Positions 23,702 to 38,450 of a stretch of DNA of 64,000 nt are shown piece after piece. The translations under genes were made by a program, and so were the position numbers. This stretch comes from Macrostomum lignano. Lineage: Eukaryota. Under the pieces are notes generated by a model. That model had not been told where the DNA came from, did not search any database, and was given only the letters and a program-made list of their open reading frames with translations. Every line of letters starts with the position of its first letter. Positions within the stretch are counted from its first letter, which is position 1. The DNA lies in assembly GCA_002269645.1 (NCBI GenBank), contig NIVC01000085.1, positions 558,001-622,000 on the forward strand, given 5' to 3'.

Positions 23702-26099
23702 CTAGCATAAAAAGCCTTTTATAAAGTCTATAATGGGTGTTTCTCAAAGAAATGAAAATCCCATCATGTCCTCTTAATCATAGACTTCAACAGTCTTATT
23801 ATTATTTTCTGTTTCTATCCCAACCATAGGCAGTTGCAGAGTCATTTAACCAGTAATGGGACCAGCTATAGGAGTAGTTGGTTCAGTAATTCGAAGCGGC
23901 TAGCATAGTCTATGGCTTTTCCTAGCTTCCATTTTGGTGCGTTCGTTCATCACAGAGCTTTCGCAGCCTACTTGGGAGCGCACAGCTTCCTGTAATGAAT
24001 TGAATCCAAGCAAGATTTGCCAAAGGAGAAAGCTGAATTTCACATGTCTATGGTCGCTAGGCCTGTCTGTTTGGTCTTGTAAGCATTCATTGAGTCAAGA
24101 AGAGCAAGAATCCTGCAGCTTTAAGACCAGAGTACCGAGCTATCTTAGAGTGCCAGTTAAAAACCGAAGCCAAATTTCCAAATCTTCGGGCTCATACTTT
24201 TTGATCATAAACAAAGTTTGGAACTATTTTTATGCTCGTAGACAAAATAAAATATTCTTCTGGCATCTGATTACTGCATAAAGTTATTATATTCGCTGCC
24301 CAAATTCTCGAATCAAGCAAGATATGGAGTGGGATCGCCTTCCTCACCTCGTAGCTGCTTTGTACTTGCTGCCACGCAGCTGTCTTTGCCTCCTCTTTGT
24401 GGGGTTGCAGGTTAATGATGATTTTATAATTTTCAACTATATGCATTCAACAGGTCTCAGTAAAAACGCAGTCTGTTTGAAATCTTCAACTCCCAACTCT
24501 TGAACTTTCAGATCTGCATGCAAGGTAATTTGTAAAATGCAAAACTGATCGGAATTCTCAGCGACACGCCATTCTTTCTGGAGGAAAACTGAATGCAAAG
24601 CCGGCTGTTGAAGAAACTGGTGACAGATATAGGAATTTCAGGAGTACACGAATAATGGATAATAGGATCCTTCATTACTGCAAAGTGGCAAACCAGGTAA
24701 GTTTATTATGGTTGCTCAAATCATGACTACTATTGTTGATATATAATTTAAGCTGTTTGAGAAGCGCAAGGACACCAGCATCAAATCAAGTCAACAATGC
24801 AACACTACGGGCAAATGAGGAACTCGGTGTGTTTAAAGAGTTTTGGATAATATCGATCATAGTTTACTTTTTTAAACGTGTGTGACGTGCAGGTGCGAGT
24901 TTTTTAATTTGTTTATTTTTTTATTTTCGTATTTCGAAAATTCGTATTTTATTTGTTGACTCGCTTTATATAGAAAAGCGCGGCAAAGTACAGTTTTAAT
25001 TGGCAGAAAAAAGTTTATTCGAACATTAGATGACTATAAAAATGAAATATTGTAAAAGAGTTCAACTAATAAAATCGACACCTAAATACAAAATTTAAGT
25101 AAGATAAGAATAAAATAAAATTTATTACCTCACAAAAACAATTTAAATGCAAAAAATCCCATAAAATATAAAAATTACCGATTACGAATAGAATTTCATG
25201 TGCGATGATATCGTTACATATCGCTTTTTTGATTAAACAAAGATTGCCTGCCCTCAAATGATGGACGAAACTCATTGTAATTTATTATTTATTGTTTACA
25301 TTGACATTTTTTCTCGCATTGATTAGTTTTAAATGAAATCCACTATGCTATAAGAGTTGCCTATACGTGTCAACACGTAAATGATTTTTAAAGTTCACTT
25401 CCTTTCCGATTGTGTTTTGTAACTCTTTCGATGTACGGGTATATATTATGATCAGGTACGAAACTTTTAATAGTCATAAACGAGCACATTTACGTTTTGT
25501 CGCGATTTTCTTAGTCATTTCTTATTTCACCTTCACTTGTCTCCGTTTACTCTGAATTTTCTCTCTCCCTCTAGTTATTTTCTCTCTCACCCCCGCTGCT
25601 TTCTGATTGGCTCCTCAATCTCGCCTCTTTCTTTCCTGGCGCACTCCACACCCCCCCCTGTCTTATCTTGCACCCAACCTCCCTCTCTAATTGTCAATGA
25701 CTTAAATGTACTGATTTGGGCCCAGCACCGCCAAGCCTGTCTGCGCCCAGCTATTTAGTTTGGTTTGTGTCAACTTCAATCAAATGAATTGTATTCAACA
25801 GTAATTAAATTATTGCCTACTCTGGTCGCCCATAATTTTCATTCGTCTCAGCAGGATTTGCGTCTGGACGGATCTGGTCCCTTCATTTATCGATCGTCTC
25901 GCTGGATTTCGCACTTGACGGCCTCAGGTCTCTTTGTGGTCAAGGCTTCAGTCAGACTCAGTGCTCACTCAGGATTCAGGACTCAGGACTGATCGACTGG
26001 ACAGCAGCCGGAAGAAGTGGTTTCGTCTGAAAGCTAAGTTCCCATTTGGACTGTTTTCATTTTCTTTTTGAATTAAAACCCATTTATTCATACTGTTAA

Positions 26100-29000
26100 C
26101 TCGCTACTCATTACACGTTGTATATTTTTTACTTCTTTGCTTAAACCCGCGTAAATTTTTGCTATGATCGAAGCAGCGGTCACTCAGACTATCGCAAAGG
26201 TCGACATGCTCATGCGAATGCCAAAGCCAACGCCCATGCAGAGGTGTGCGTAGAGGTTCTGAAAGAGAAGCTGAAGGCTTTAAAAGGCGCAGATGAAGTG
26301 GTTCAGGTCGATCGATCCGAAGATAAGATGGAATCGGAGTTGGCTGAGAGCCATGAATATTCGTTTCACTGCCGAAAGTGCATTAAATTGCTAGAAAATT
26401 CTCTCAGTTTAAACGTGACGCAACAGCAGCCTTCAAGCTGTGCTCAACCTCAAGTGAAGCTGCCTAAGTGTCAGCTTTAATGGAACAGTTGCGGATTGGC
26501 AGACTTTTTAAAGATCAGTTTTCGTCATCGGTGGATTCTAATTCCTTGCTCCCTGATATTGACAAATTGAGTTATTGCTTGATTCTCTCTCCGACTTGAC
26601 CAAGTCTGGCAGTGAGTGGCGCGAATTACTCAGCTGCGGTCACCATTCTGCGAAATCGGTTCGGCAAGCCAGGGCTGATAGTCAGATGCCTCATGCACCA
26701 GCTGTCAGAGTTTAGGCTAGCTGACACTTTTCTTTCAAGCCTGCAACATTTTGATGACGATGTTTCTGCTGCCGTGCGCTGCCTTGAAGCTCAATATGTG
26801 CAAGCTGCCTCGTATGAGACATTGTTTCTGCAAACCTACTCAAGCGGTGTCCAGATGAGTTTATATTGGACATGCTCATACCAGCCGCTTATTCAGGATC
26901 GCCGTGCGATTCAGTTGAGGCCTCTTTTACATATTTTAGGCCAGGAAAATGATGTTCGCGAGAAGGCTGTTTTAGTTGGTAAGAAGACCGGACACGATCG
27001 CTATTTGTCTGGAGACTCACCGAAGCATTCACTTTCAACTCTGACAGTTCAGTCTAAATCGAATAACACATCAAAGGAACCTAGGAAAGTCATTTGCACC
27101 GACTGCAATTCAGGAGCCGATTGTGCTCAATTTACAACAGCGACCAGCCGTCGCTATTTCCTGCACCAGGAAAGCCGTTGCTTTCGATGCTTGTGCACAG
27201 GTCACGGTGCTAGCCTGTGCAGTGAGCCTCGGCAGTGCAGAGACTGGCGGAGCTCATCACGTGAGCATTTGCAACAACAGGCCTGCTGGTATAGCTAAGT
27301 CTAATAAACCTGCAGAAAAGCAACTCGGAGGCCATGCAGTCACGGTCAAATAATCAGCGCTTACCTACGACTGCAGTTTCCACAGAGTCCTTGAAACTCG
27401 AGCCTTCTGCTCGTGCCCAACCTGATAGTTTGAACTCGCAGTCCGATTCTGGCAGCTCAGTCACCGTTTGTGCAACTCGTGATGAGCCAGCACCAGCTGC
27501 TCCACCGAATCTTGTCTCTGATAATTTTTCTTCGACGATGTTCAATAGCAGCAATCCTTCAGTGGCCCTTCCTTTTGCCAAAGCTATATTGGCAGCTCCG
27601 GATTAGGGTATTACGAGTACTTGATACAGCTAGCAGCAGATCTTACATCAGAAAGGGTGTATGCAATATATGTAGGTATCACGGCAATCAGGAGTGAGCC
27701 ATTGACTGTATCGAAATTAACTGGTCTCAAGACAGCAATCGAATCAGGTACTGTCAGTTTCTCAATCAGAAAGTTGAATTCGCATCACGTTCGGAACATC
27801 TGCGCCCATATGGGCAATGACATCTTTCAGCCTCAGCGCCCAGTCTTAGCGAACCAGTTTCCTCATCTGGTGTGAGGGCTCCGGCAGTCCCTTGAGAAAT
27901 TCAGCAGCTAATGGGCTCAGCGAAGCTTCTTGAGTTCTTTGCTGTACAGCTGCAGACCCACTGACAGGCACTTCTGACTGTGACTTGTCCTGATTCTAGC
28001 ACTTAGAAGCTAGAAGCTAAGTATCTCAGAAATTCCATATTAGTCCTTGATCGATGACTTTGCTTGGGACCCGCGACTTATTAATGGACGCTACGAAGCC
28101 AAGCTTTCCTGGAAGCATCCAGATGACTCACTCGTGCTACGCAATCACTTAAATTATCTGGCATAAAAGAGTTTGGACTCGACTATGCGAACTCTCTCAT
28201 GCCCACCAGGTACAGTAGAGAGAACATTTGAGATCATCCCTGAGCAGAAAACCACCAGGCGCCATTTAAAAAGTGCCTAACGCCTACCTACAGCAGGATG
28301 ATGCCGTTATCTTCATTATAGCTGTGACATGAAAGCGGCTATTGAGCAAAAAAGCTGCGTATTGTCTTTAATGGTTCTGCACGAGCTTTCAGGGAATATG
28401 TTTCCATCAGCGATCATCTATAAGTCGCTCTGACAGATTTTTCGAGAATTTTCAACATTCCCCTGCACTTCCGTCGTAACCATGTAAGCAATTTTTGTTG
28501 TTATTGCGGTGACATCGAGAAGGCATTTCTCAAAATCTCGATTCACGTTAGCGATCCCATTTCGTAGAGTTTTTCTGTGGCCCGATTTGGCAGACAATAA
28601 GCAAATCTGTCATCTGCCATTCGGCTCGACATGCTCGCCAGTTGTGCTCCGAGCGATCATCCTGAGCCGTCTGGCCACTTTTGGGTCTATGTTTCTGGAA
28701 TGTGTCGGTATCGTTTGAATAGTTCTCTACTTTGATACTCTCGTGAGCAGTTGTAGTTCAAATGCAGAAGCTATGGTTCTGTACAAAACACAAAAAAATT
28801 ATCTTGCTGGTACGAATATGGGTCAGTGAATGTCGAAATCTGCTTTATTCAACGAACATCTGCTGAATTGGCTGCAGGAAAACGATCACCTGATAATTGT
28901 TGTTTATAGAAAAACGTTTGTTTAATCTGCAGCGACTTGTCAGCCGGTGTCGCATTGATGCTGATTGGATCTAGTACGGACATAAGCAAGAAGGCAGCGA

Positions 29001-29150
29001 ATGCTTTAAAGAGAGCGAAGCGCCTGACTTAAGTGACGAGAGACGATGTATTTGAGGGTAAAATTTGATCGCACAGCATTTGGCTAGTCGTAAGTACACA
29101 GGATGCTATTGAGGCCGATGACTCGTGCCATAAAACAAATTCTTGTGGGA
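26100..29150 (+). mobile_element. BEL/Pao LTR retrotransposon relic
   Basis: Gag-like QVKLPKCQL...WQTFKDQFSSSVDSNSLLPDIDKLSY and NYSAAVTILRNRFGKP, a Cys/His cluster CFRCLCTGHGASLC, and downstream RT remnants (DIEKAFL-like, LPFG..CSP..L). Many stops and frameshifts. Confidence 0.75.
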
Positions 29151-29879
29151 CAGAAGGGCCTTGATGCCTCCGTCATTGCTGCATTCAATCATCTCTCAGC
29201 ACGCGCCCCTGAGGCGCATCGGAGCTAAAGTTGGTACCTCGACTGAGGTACGCAGCTGCTGCTGTGAGTGTTATATCTCTTGAATTAGCAGAATCTTGTT
29301 TGGTTTAGCGTAGCTCAGCCGCGTCTTGCGCGCTCTGTCACCAGGACCGAGCCCTTTTATCTTTATTTCGAAAATAAACAGGTTCAGTCCATAGACATTA
29401 TATTGTCTCATCAACGACAAGTACGAGTACTTAAAAATCAAATCACAACGCAACATCCTCCCCCTCACCAGCTGTAGCGTTGCAAGGGTCGCCGCTGACG
29501 ATTCGATTTGACGTGAGCGGTATATTGGCTGGTCCCGAGGCTGGTCCTGGTACTTGAATATTTGTCTCTCCGTCACATTGAGCAGGTTGTTGTCTTGGAA
29601 TGTCAACGATAGGGTCCAGCTCGCTCGGCGCTGTTGGTTTAGAATTTAGCCGCAAATAATTGGTACAAGCGCCTGCTGATTCCAGTTGCTGCCACTCATT
29701 AGTCTACACACAGCGTCCATTGTCTTGACGACCTGCAGTGGCCCAGAGAGCCGCATCCCCAGCTTTCTATGTCACACTGAGAGGAAGTACTTGAATCCAG
29801 TCACCGGCGCACAGTGTTGGTGGTCGCCCCCCTCCCCCACCGCCGGTCAGTGTAAGCCACCGTTCGCTGCTGACTCTCC

Positions 29880-31750
29880 TAAATTTTCTGTGCGATATCT
29901 GGTTGTGCGACCGTAGTGTCCTTAAACGGTGCCAGTAGAGGCAGTGTGGTGAACCAACGTCTTACTAACATCACCTGGGCTAGACTATTGCCAGACAGGG
30001 CGAGCGGCGTACTGCGGTTGGTCTCCAGGAATTGCAACAGCGCGTCTTGCATTGGGACATTCTCCCAATCCCAATTAGCGGTTATGGCCGCTCGTAAGCG
30101 GTCTACCAGAGTCCGGTTGAGCCTCTCTGTCTGCTCGTTAATGCTAGGACGGCACGGTTTGGTTTTCTGATGCCGGCTTCCAGCAGAAACCCTGTGAGCG
30201 CACCGCTGCGCTGCGATCCGTTGTCCGTGAGCATCGTCTCGCACGATAAAATATCAAGCGTGCAAAAAGGCTGCGTAACACCTTGCAACTCGTCTCAGTG
30301 ATGATTTTTGACTTTGAAATACTTCCGGTCACTAAATACTCGAATTCAAATGCGAAGTGACCAGAAAAATTCGTGTCAATACTGGTGCTGTCTGTAGCTC
30401 ACCGACGAGTTCGATGGCGATCTGTGTTCACAGCTTATCTGCCCCCGCAGAGGCTCCAGATGAGCCGGTCCGCAGCTTGAAATGTTTTTCTACACTCTCG
30501 CAAGCACTAAAGCCTCTGAAAAACGTCTCGATGTCGCAGTCCATCATTGGCCACCAGGCAAACCCACAGAGCTGCTGCTTAGCGCGAACCACACCCAGAT
30601 GTACGGTGCGCGCCGATTCCAGTAGCTTACGCCAAAGCTGTGTAATGACTGGTCGCTCTGGAAAGCCCAGTAGGTGCCATTCTGTCAAACGCTAAGGGGC
30701 TCTCCGACTTTGAAGAACGGGTGCAACTCCGTGTCCTTCGTTGAGCCCTAGTTGTCGCTAGTCACTCGAAAAATCACCTCGCGCAGAAGCATGTTCTCGG
30801 CCGTGGCTGTCGCTAGCTGGGTAAGCGTAACTACCATGGACTCCAGGCGTCGCTGTGTCCTGTAGCTGTACGATGGTCATACTTGACCGACAGCTCCACT
30901 TTGGCAAAATGTCAACCTCAAAATTTCGATTGCCTGGCAGATCTTGTACGTGGAAATCGTACGGTTGAAACTTGTCGCCCCACTTGTGGATGCGCAGCGG
31001 CCGATGTCCCGTGCCGCTAGGTCCTAGCAGCAGTTGCCGTAACGCTTGATGGGTCGTTTTATAACTCAGATTAAAGGTAGTAGTGCCACTTCTTTTATGG
31101 CCCACAGACTGGCCAATGCATATCGCTTCTCGGTCTCGATCAAGGCTCGGGCGGCAAGGGTGATCGGACGCTTGTCGCCGTCTTGGACCTAGGACAGTTG
31201 TGCACCGAGAGACTCTGCACTGGTGTCGCTAGTGGCAATCGTCTTGGCATCTGAGTCGAAGTGCGTCAGGATCAGTGAATTGCAGATCGCTGCTTTTAGC
31301 TCTTTGAACGCTCATTTGCAGTCCCTCGACCACCCAAACTCCACGTCCCCCTTCAGTAGGGGCCTCGGAGGCGCTGTGACTTCAGCAAAATAAGGCATAA
31401 AGCGCATCGGGTAGTTTGCAGCTCCTTAAAACGCCTGCAGCTCCTTCTTGCTCGATGGCGAGCGCAACTGACTGAATACCCTAATCTGGGATTCTGACGG
31501 TCGCATACCATCAAATGAGAAGATAAGGCGAAAAATGCGACCTCCGTCTTGCGCAGCAGGCATTTGTCCTTATTAGCCGTTAGGCAGCAACGTTCATACG
31601 CCTTAACAGCGCTCGAAGCCTTGAATAATGTTAAAACGTCTAAATCTTTTGGAAAGTCCGCTGGCACTGACACTAGGCCGAACGACACCCTGCAATACCG
31701 ATACAAACGCGATCATTATGCAACTACACCTGTATGTAGCCAGCTTTAAG
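29880..31750 (-). mobile_element. Gypsy (Mag-like) RNase H-integrase relic
   Basis: Integrase zinc-binding HLGVVRAKQQLCGFAWWPMMDCDIE, core MLTDNG and NEQTERLNRTL, and RT/RH remnants upstream. Confidence 0.75.
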
Positions 31751-31759
31751 ATTTGTAGT

Positions 31760-34130
31760 GTCTCTATGGAGTAGCTCTCGATCGCGGTGCCAGTGAAATA
31801 CGGAAATGTGCGCTCGTTTACTTCTCTCAAATGATGCGTCTGTCTCAGGTTGCCACACAGCATTTCCTAGCGTCGAGATACCTGACGTAATGTGGCTGAC
31901 GGCGACTGGTAACCCTGGCTGGCTGCGCAGTTGGCTGCTTCGTGCCGGGTGGGCTGGCAGGTTGCGCTGGTAGTGAGGCAGGCACTGCTTCGGCCGACAC
32001 GCTTCAAGGGCGACCCTGTGGGCGGCTGTGGGACAGGATCGGTGGTGTCAAGAATGGCCGGCTTCAACCTGTCAGTGCTCACTCGAGCCGTGTGCCCAGG
32101 TCTCGCTGAACTCAGACACGTAAAGCAGATGCTCAGAACTCAGACACGTGAAAACGCGTCCCTCCTAAAAGTAACGAAAATGCTGGATCGGCAGGTAGAG
32201 CGCCAGCAGCTCACGGTCAAATACCCTGTACTTCTGCTCTGCCGGCTGAAGAAGACTTGCGAACGTGAGTGCGATGGGCGCGTCTGGGCGAGGGTGCGCC
32301 AGCGTGGTGGCGAGGGCCAGCGCCCGCTTAGCTCCTTCGGAATCGATTAACTCGGCTGTCCAATGGCTCAGGCTCTCCTCTGTCTGTCATGGCCGTATGA
32401 ATGGGCTGCCGGGCTTCGCGCCGTACGAAGCGGTGGTAGTAGAAGATCACTATGCCAGCGAACTCTTGTAGGCCCTTGACGGTGACTGGTACTGAACCTG
32501 GCGTCAACCTTGGCGGGCAGTAGCTAGGCTCCTTGGGCGTTGATCCGGTGGCCCAAGAAGTCAGTATCGCTGCGACCCAAATCGTACTCGTCCGGGTTGA
32601 TGATTGGGCCACTGTCGGCTAGGCGCTGAAACAGCTTGCGCAGATGCTCACGGTGCTGCTGCGGGCTGCTCCGGGCTGCTGCGAGCTGCTCCTGGCCAAC
32701 AGGAAATCATCGATGTAAGCGAAGACGCATTCGATGTCCTCGCAGACTGAATCGACGAGGCGCTGGAAAGCTTAGACGGCGTTCTTGAGACCAAACTGCA
32801 TTCGTAAGAACTTGAAGAGGTCATACGGTGTGGTGACAGCGGTCTTGGCACTTCGCAGCGGCGAGGACACCTGGTTTTAACCTTGCACCAGGTCAATTTA
32901 TGCGAAGACCGAGCAGCCCCCAGGGGTGCCAGAAGTTTTGAATGTGAAACACTGGGTAGTGGTCTGGCACCGTGGCGTCGCTGAGCCTCCTGCAGTCGCC
33001 ACTAGGCCGCCAACAGCCGGAGGCCGTGGACACCATGTTCAGCGGCAAAAACCACAAACGGTGAAAGCGCTGCACGATGCTGAAGTGTTTCAGGAACCGG
33101 AACGCCTCCTTGGCCACTGCTAACTTGTCTGGTGGCAGATGGGGCGGGTGGGCGTGCACCGGCAGGCCGTTGGTCGGGTTGTGGTGCGGGATGACTTAAG
33201 CGCCCGTGTCTATTAGGAACTGCCGGACTATCTGTAAATCCGGGGTGAGAAGCAGGCTGCTGCTGCAGGTCGCCGAGCTGTTTACTGACGGCCGGCCTGC
33301 TCGTTTCCCTAAAATTTACAAGGCGCTTCACGTCTGGCCTTTGTGCCGAACTTCCAATGAAACTATCAGAGATCAGTGGCTGTTTGCGGGACTCTTTGAT
33401 GGCCGTGCGCGGGCAAAATGGATAGCCGTGCGCGGGCAAAATGGATGGCCGTGCGCGGGCAAAATGGATGGCCGTGCGCGGGAAAAATGGCTCGTGCTGC
33501 TCTTGCGGGCGGCTGCAACCACTACGAGCTAGCTCGTCAGGCGGCTGAACTTCGGCCACCAACGGCTGGGTCAGCTGACCCAAAGCTTGTCTGCGAGCTG
33601 TGCCGCTGAGCAACTGGCTGGCCCGTTGCTGCCGCGTTAGCCCGAACTTGCCCAGTAGACAAGCCCTCAGCTGCTTGTACTTTTTTGATGCAGGGGATTT
33701 CTCCAGTAAGTCCCGGAGTCGCTTGGCCGACTGCTGATCTCTGAGTCGGCCAGAAAAAATGGTATTTAGTTTCGTCTTGTGTTATTTATTGAAGGCTGAA
33801 ATGTGTCTGCCTGGATGAACCAAGCCCTGCCTGAGCGTGCCAAAATGTCAGCAACCCGACCCCGCCTTTGTGTTGGCGCTGATCCCAGTGACAACCTATT
33901 GGTCTAAATATGGTTGGTCGCTGCGTCTTCTGCGTTCTCAGGCATGCTCAAACTTACGGTTTGAGTATTTGGACTTATCAATGACGTAGCTCGCGATCGC
34001 GGTGACAGTGAAAAAAGGAAATGTGCGCTAGTTTTTTTGCTCCGCCTGTGAACTCCTCAACTGTAATGAGGCGCGTGAAAATTAGAAGTGACTATGACAA
34101 ATGATGCGTCTGCTGTAACGCGGCTCTGAT
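31760..34130 (-). mobile_element. Gypsy (CsRn1-like) gag-protease-RT-RNase H relic
   Basis: Protease QFLIDTGA; [27 protein letters not shown] and FAYIDD; RH remnants. Degenerate. Confidence 0.75.
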
Positions 34131-34449
34131 CTCGCAATTGCCGTGCAACGCGTAAATTGTAACCGTGCATTCTGAGATGACCTACAGAGCCTTGCTGCGA
34201 CAGGATCGACGAGCGCCGCGCTGGGATGGAGGCCTCGTGGCTTGTTCAGTCCGGACTGTCAGTGCACACTGGCCAGCGCTTGGGCGTCAAGCAAACGTCG
34301 GTGAGGCATTTTCACTAGAAGGCCGTGATACCGTAGAAAATCAGCGCCAATTAGTGGTCACGAGACTGCTGCCAGAACGAAAGACCGAGAGCAACGCGGA
34401 ATGCCGAGATCCAGAGTAAGCTGACGGGTACCGAAGGTCCTGATCTGAC

Positions 34450-35560
34450 TACTGTTGGCTGTGTAGAGCGGTGGGCCTTGGCGGCGAAATCGGGTGTCTG
34501 CCCGTGCGACCTCAAAGATGCTGACCTCTTTTAGGTCAGCATCTGAACGAATCGTCTTCTTTCAGAGAAGCAGGCTGCTGCTGCAAGTCGCCGAGCTGTT
34601 TACTGAGCCGCCTTCCCGTTTCACCGAAATTTACAAGGCGCTTCAAACGTCTGGCTTAGTGCCGAACTTCCTATGAAAGTAAAACAGATCAGTGGCTTTC
34701 TCTGAGGGACTCCGTGACGGCCGTGCGCGGGCAAATGGCTCGTGCTGCTCTTTCGGGCCGCTGCAACCACTAGCTCGTTAGGCTGCTGAACTTCGGCCAC
34801 CAACGGCTGGGTCGGCTGGCCCAAAGCTTGTCTGCGAGCTGTGCCACTGCTTGCGAGTCCGTGAAATCAGAAGAAGCATTCTGATGTCTACGGGGAAATG
34901 CTGGTGGAAAAGTTCCTCGAACGGCATACATGGCGAATGCCGAGGCCGGTCATACTGAGCAACCGGCTGGCCCGTTGCTTCCGCGTTAGCCCAAAACTTG
35001 CCCAGCATTCAAGCCTTCAGCTGCTTGTACTTTTCTGCTGCAGGGGTTTCTCCAGTACGTCTAGGAGTTCGTCTAGGGCCAACTGCTGATCTCTGATGCG
35101 TCAAATGCTGGTGCCTAAATGTGTCTCGGTTTGGATGAACCAAGCCCTGCCCGAGCGGCCAAAATGTCGGCAACCCGACCGCTACATCGTGGATGGCTGA
35201 ATTTCTGCTGGCCGCGTTAGCCGTTGAGTTGGCGCCGACTACAATGACAACCTCCTGATCTGCATCTGTGTTGCTCGCTGCGTCTTCTGCGTGCTCAAGC
35301 ATGCTCAAAATTGCGGTTTGAGTAATAAGTCTTATCTATGGCGTGGCTCGCGATCGCGTTGCCAGTGAAAAAGAAAATGTGCGCTCGTTTTTCCCCCAGC
35401 CTGTGGGCTCCTCAACTGTAATAAGACGCGCACAATTTAGAAGTGACCATAAACAAATGATGCGTCCCTTTCTGGCCGCCACAAAGCTGACAATATTCGG
35501 ACTGCCACCCAGCTGTACCGCGGCTCTGATCTCGTAATTGCCGTGCACTGCGTAAATTGT
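34450..35560 (-). mobile_element. Second partial copy of the same Gypsy 5' region and gag
   Basis: Similar to 33200-34130 (for example GAAGCAGGCTGCTGCTGC.GTCGCCGAGCTGTTTACTGA at about 33249 and 34567); gag motif VAVGLPTFWP. Confidence 0.7.
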
Positions 35561-37129
35561 AACAGTGCCCTCTGTGCTAACCTACAGAGCCTTGCTGCGG
35601 CAGGATCGACTGACGAAATTGAGCTTGTCGCATTTGTTTCACTTATTTTCATGCTTGGGACATTTTGTTTACGCGTCATAACTGCAGTTGCATCGCATCG
35701 CTTGGCGCCGGGGTTTGTTGCTGACCCGAGTGCCGCGCTGGCATTGAGACGTCGTGTTTTGTACAGTCCGGAATGTTCCTGATGTGCTGTTTGCTGCCAT
35801 CGCCTTGATTCCTGCTGTTGCGTCCTCTATAGTCGTCGCAATCGTGACGGCACAGTCCCCGAGTCAGCGTGGCCGCGTCCTCCGTCAGAAGATACTTGTG
35901 TATCCTGGTGCTGCCCGTCGTCTGGGTCAGCCGATCACGAATCTTTCGTCCACCAGAACACCGTAGTCGCTGGGGACTGACAGCTGTCACAGTAATGCGA
36001 AAAAGGTAAGTGCATCCTCTCCAGGTAGCTGATTTCGTTCCTGGAATCGATGGCGCGCAATCATCACATAATTAGGCCAATTAGTCGTCAACAGATCTTG
36101 AGTCTGCCAGAAGGTCTGCCCATTGACATCGCATTTCGACCCCTATCCATCTATCCGCTGCCCCTCGAAATCGAGAAAGTGAAGCAACATGTTTCGGCAC
36201 ACCGTTTGTAGGCGCGTAGCTCAAAAGCGTCGTGCCATCGATTTCATGGGGTTGCCGGCGATCCGCTTGTTGACGACAGAATCGGTGCTGGCGGGTTGGC
36301 GTTGTTGGGGCCATCCTTGTCGCCAGTTTTTATATCTTATTTTTTTACGAGCGCAGCAGAATCTTGTTTGCTTTAGTGTAGCTCAGCGGCGTCTTTCGCA
36401 CTCAATCAGCAGGATCAATTTCTTTGTCTTTATTTCTAAAAAAACAGATTTAGTCCATACAAATTGTCTCATTAACAAAAAGTCAAAGTCAAAATCGATT
36501 TTAAAGATCAAATCACGGCACAAAAGTCTCGTTGTTTAGGTAGTTCATCACTGACGCCACGCAAAGGAGCGTCGTAAAAGCTGCCTATTGGTTTATATTG
36601 TCCAAGAATGTTTTAAGCTCGTCATTTTCAGCAACAGTTGGTCAGCAACTGTTCAGCAGACTATCAGAAACAGCCACGACAGTCTCTTCTCATGTTTATC
36701 GGTCTCCGAAGTGAAGGATCACAGTTTGGTGAAATAGATAAGAGCAGAGCAGCGATATATGTCTAGTAGGTATTTTAAAACGATAATTCTGGCCTGATAT
36801 GTTCTACCTTGTGCTAAGAATGGTCGCAGGCTGTAGTAACTCAATCGTCAAACTCAAAATTGCGGAACCTTGGCAACTATCTTTCTGGGCTGTGACACGA
36901 AAAGCAAGAGTGGTTTGGAAGCATATAAGGTGCTATATTTGTATGGCAGCTGCACTTCCACTATGGATGAGGCCAATGCCATTTCCGTGGCAGCCAGTAA
37001 AACTTCAGAATTGGAAACTAATGGTGCAGCGATGTTCGGCAGCAAGCATGCCTGATTTAGGAGGCTGCTCCAATCCATCTCCACAACATGCAAGTAAAAA
37101 TTGAAGCCAGTAAGATTTTCCTCGCTGCC

Positions 37130-38450
37130 ATCAAATTCGCGAGTAACACTCGAGTGAAACAGTCGAGCTTGAACGCTCACCCAATTGAGACGTGTGCCTA
37201 GGTTTCACTGAACTCGGACACGTAATCCAGATTCCGTTGCTTTTGTTCAAACCACGAGTCCGACACTTTGCCATGGCGAAGACCAGCGGCTTGTGGTTAG
37301 TGTAGGCCGTGAAAACGGGTACCTCCAGAAAGTAACGAATATGCTGGACCACCCGGTAGAGCGCCAGCAGCTCGCGGTCAAATGCGCTGTTCTTCAGGTC
37401 AGGGGGAGCTGCCGGCTGAAGAAGACTTGCGACCACCGTGAGTGCGATGGGCGCGTCTGGGCGAGGGTGCGCCAGCGTGGTGGCGGAGGCCAGCGCCCGC
37501 TTAGCTGCTTCGCAGGCGGTTAACTCAGGTGTCCACTGGATCAGCGTCTCCTTGCTTGCCATGGCCGCATGGATGGCGCGCAGCTAGGCTGCCCACGGTA
37601 CCAAGCGGTGGTAAAGCTCACTATGCCAGCGAACTCTTGTAGGCCCTTAACGGTGACTGTTGGCACAAACTTGGCAATGGCATCAATCTTGGTGGGCAGC
37701 GGCACGGCTCCTTAGGCGTTGATCCAGTGGCCCAAGAAGTCAATCTCGCTACGGCCGAAATGTACTTGTCCGGGTTAGTGATGGTGCCGTTGTTGGCTAG
37801 GCTCAGAAACAGCGTGCGCAGATGCTCCCGGTACTGCTGCAAGCTGCGGCTGGGCACCAGATAATCATCGATGTAGGCAAAACGAAGTCGAGGTCCTGGC
37901 AGACTGAATCGACGAGGTGCTGGAAGGCTTAGACGGCGTTCTTGAGACCGCCGTAGCATTCGAGGTAGCATTTGTAGAAATTTAGAGAGGCCGAACGATT
38001 CGATGACAGCGGTCTTGGCCACGTCGGCAGCGGCGACGGGTTCCTGGTGGTAGCCTCACACCAGGTCAATTTTGTCGAAGACCGAGCTGCCCGCCAGGGG
38101 CGCCGAAAGTCCTGAATGTGCGACACTAAGTAGCGATCGGGCACCGTGGCATCGTTGAGCCTCCTGAAGTCGCCACAGGGCCGTCGAGGGAGGCCTTGTG
38201 CATCATATTCAGCGGTGAAGACCACAAGCCGTGGGAGCGGTGCACGATTTAGTGCCCAAAAGCAATACGCGATGTTGGCGAAAGCGAAAGCGGCAGCGAA
38301 ACCATAGGAACAGCAGCGAGCTGGCGACAAAAGCAACGCTGCCGTACGCACGCAAACGCGTCCCGACTAGGCGGACCAGATAGAGGAGCAGGCTGTTCAG
38401 CGAACAGGATACAGGACTGCAGCGGGTTTTCCCTTTGCAAATCACTTGCG
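37130..38450 (-). mobile_element. Gypsy (CsRn1-like) RT-RNase H relic, paralogous to 32200-33100
   Basis: PCGDFRRLNDATVPDRYLVSHIQDF, FAYIDDYLVPS and SAFDRELLALY...FTAYTNHKPL. Confidence 0.8.
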
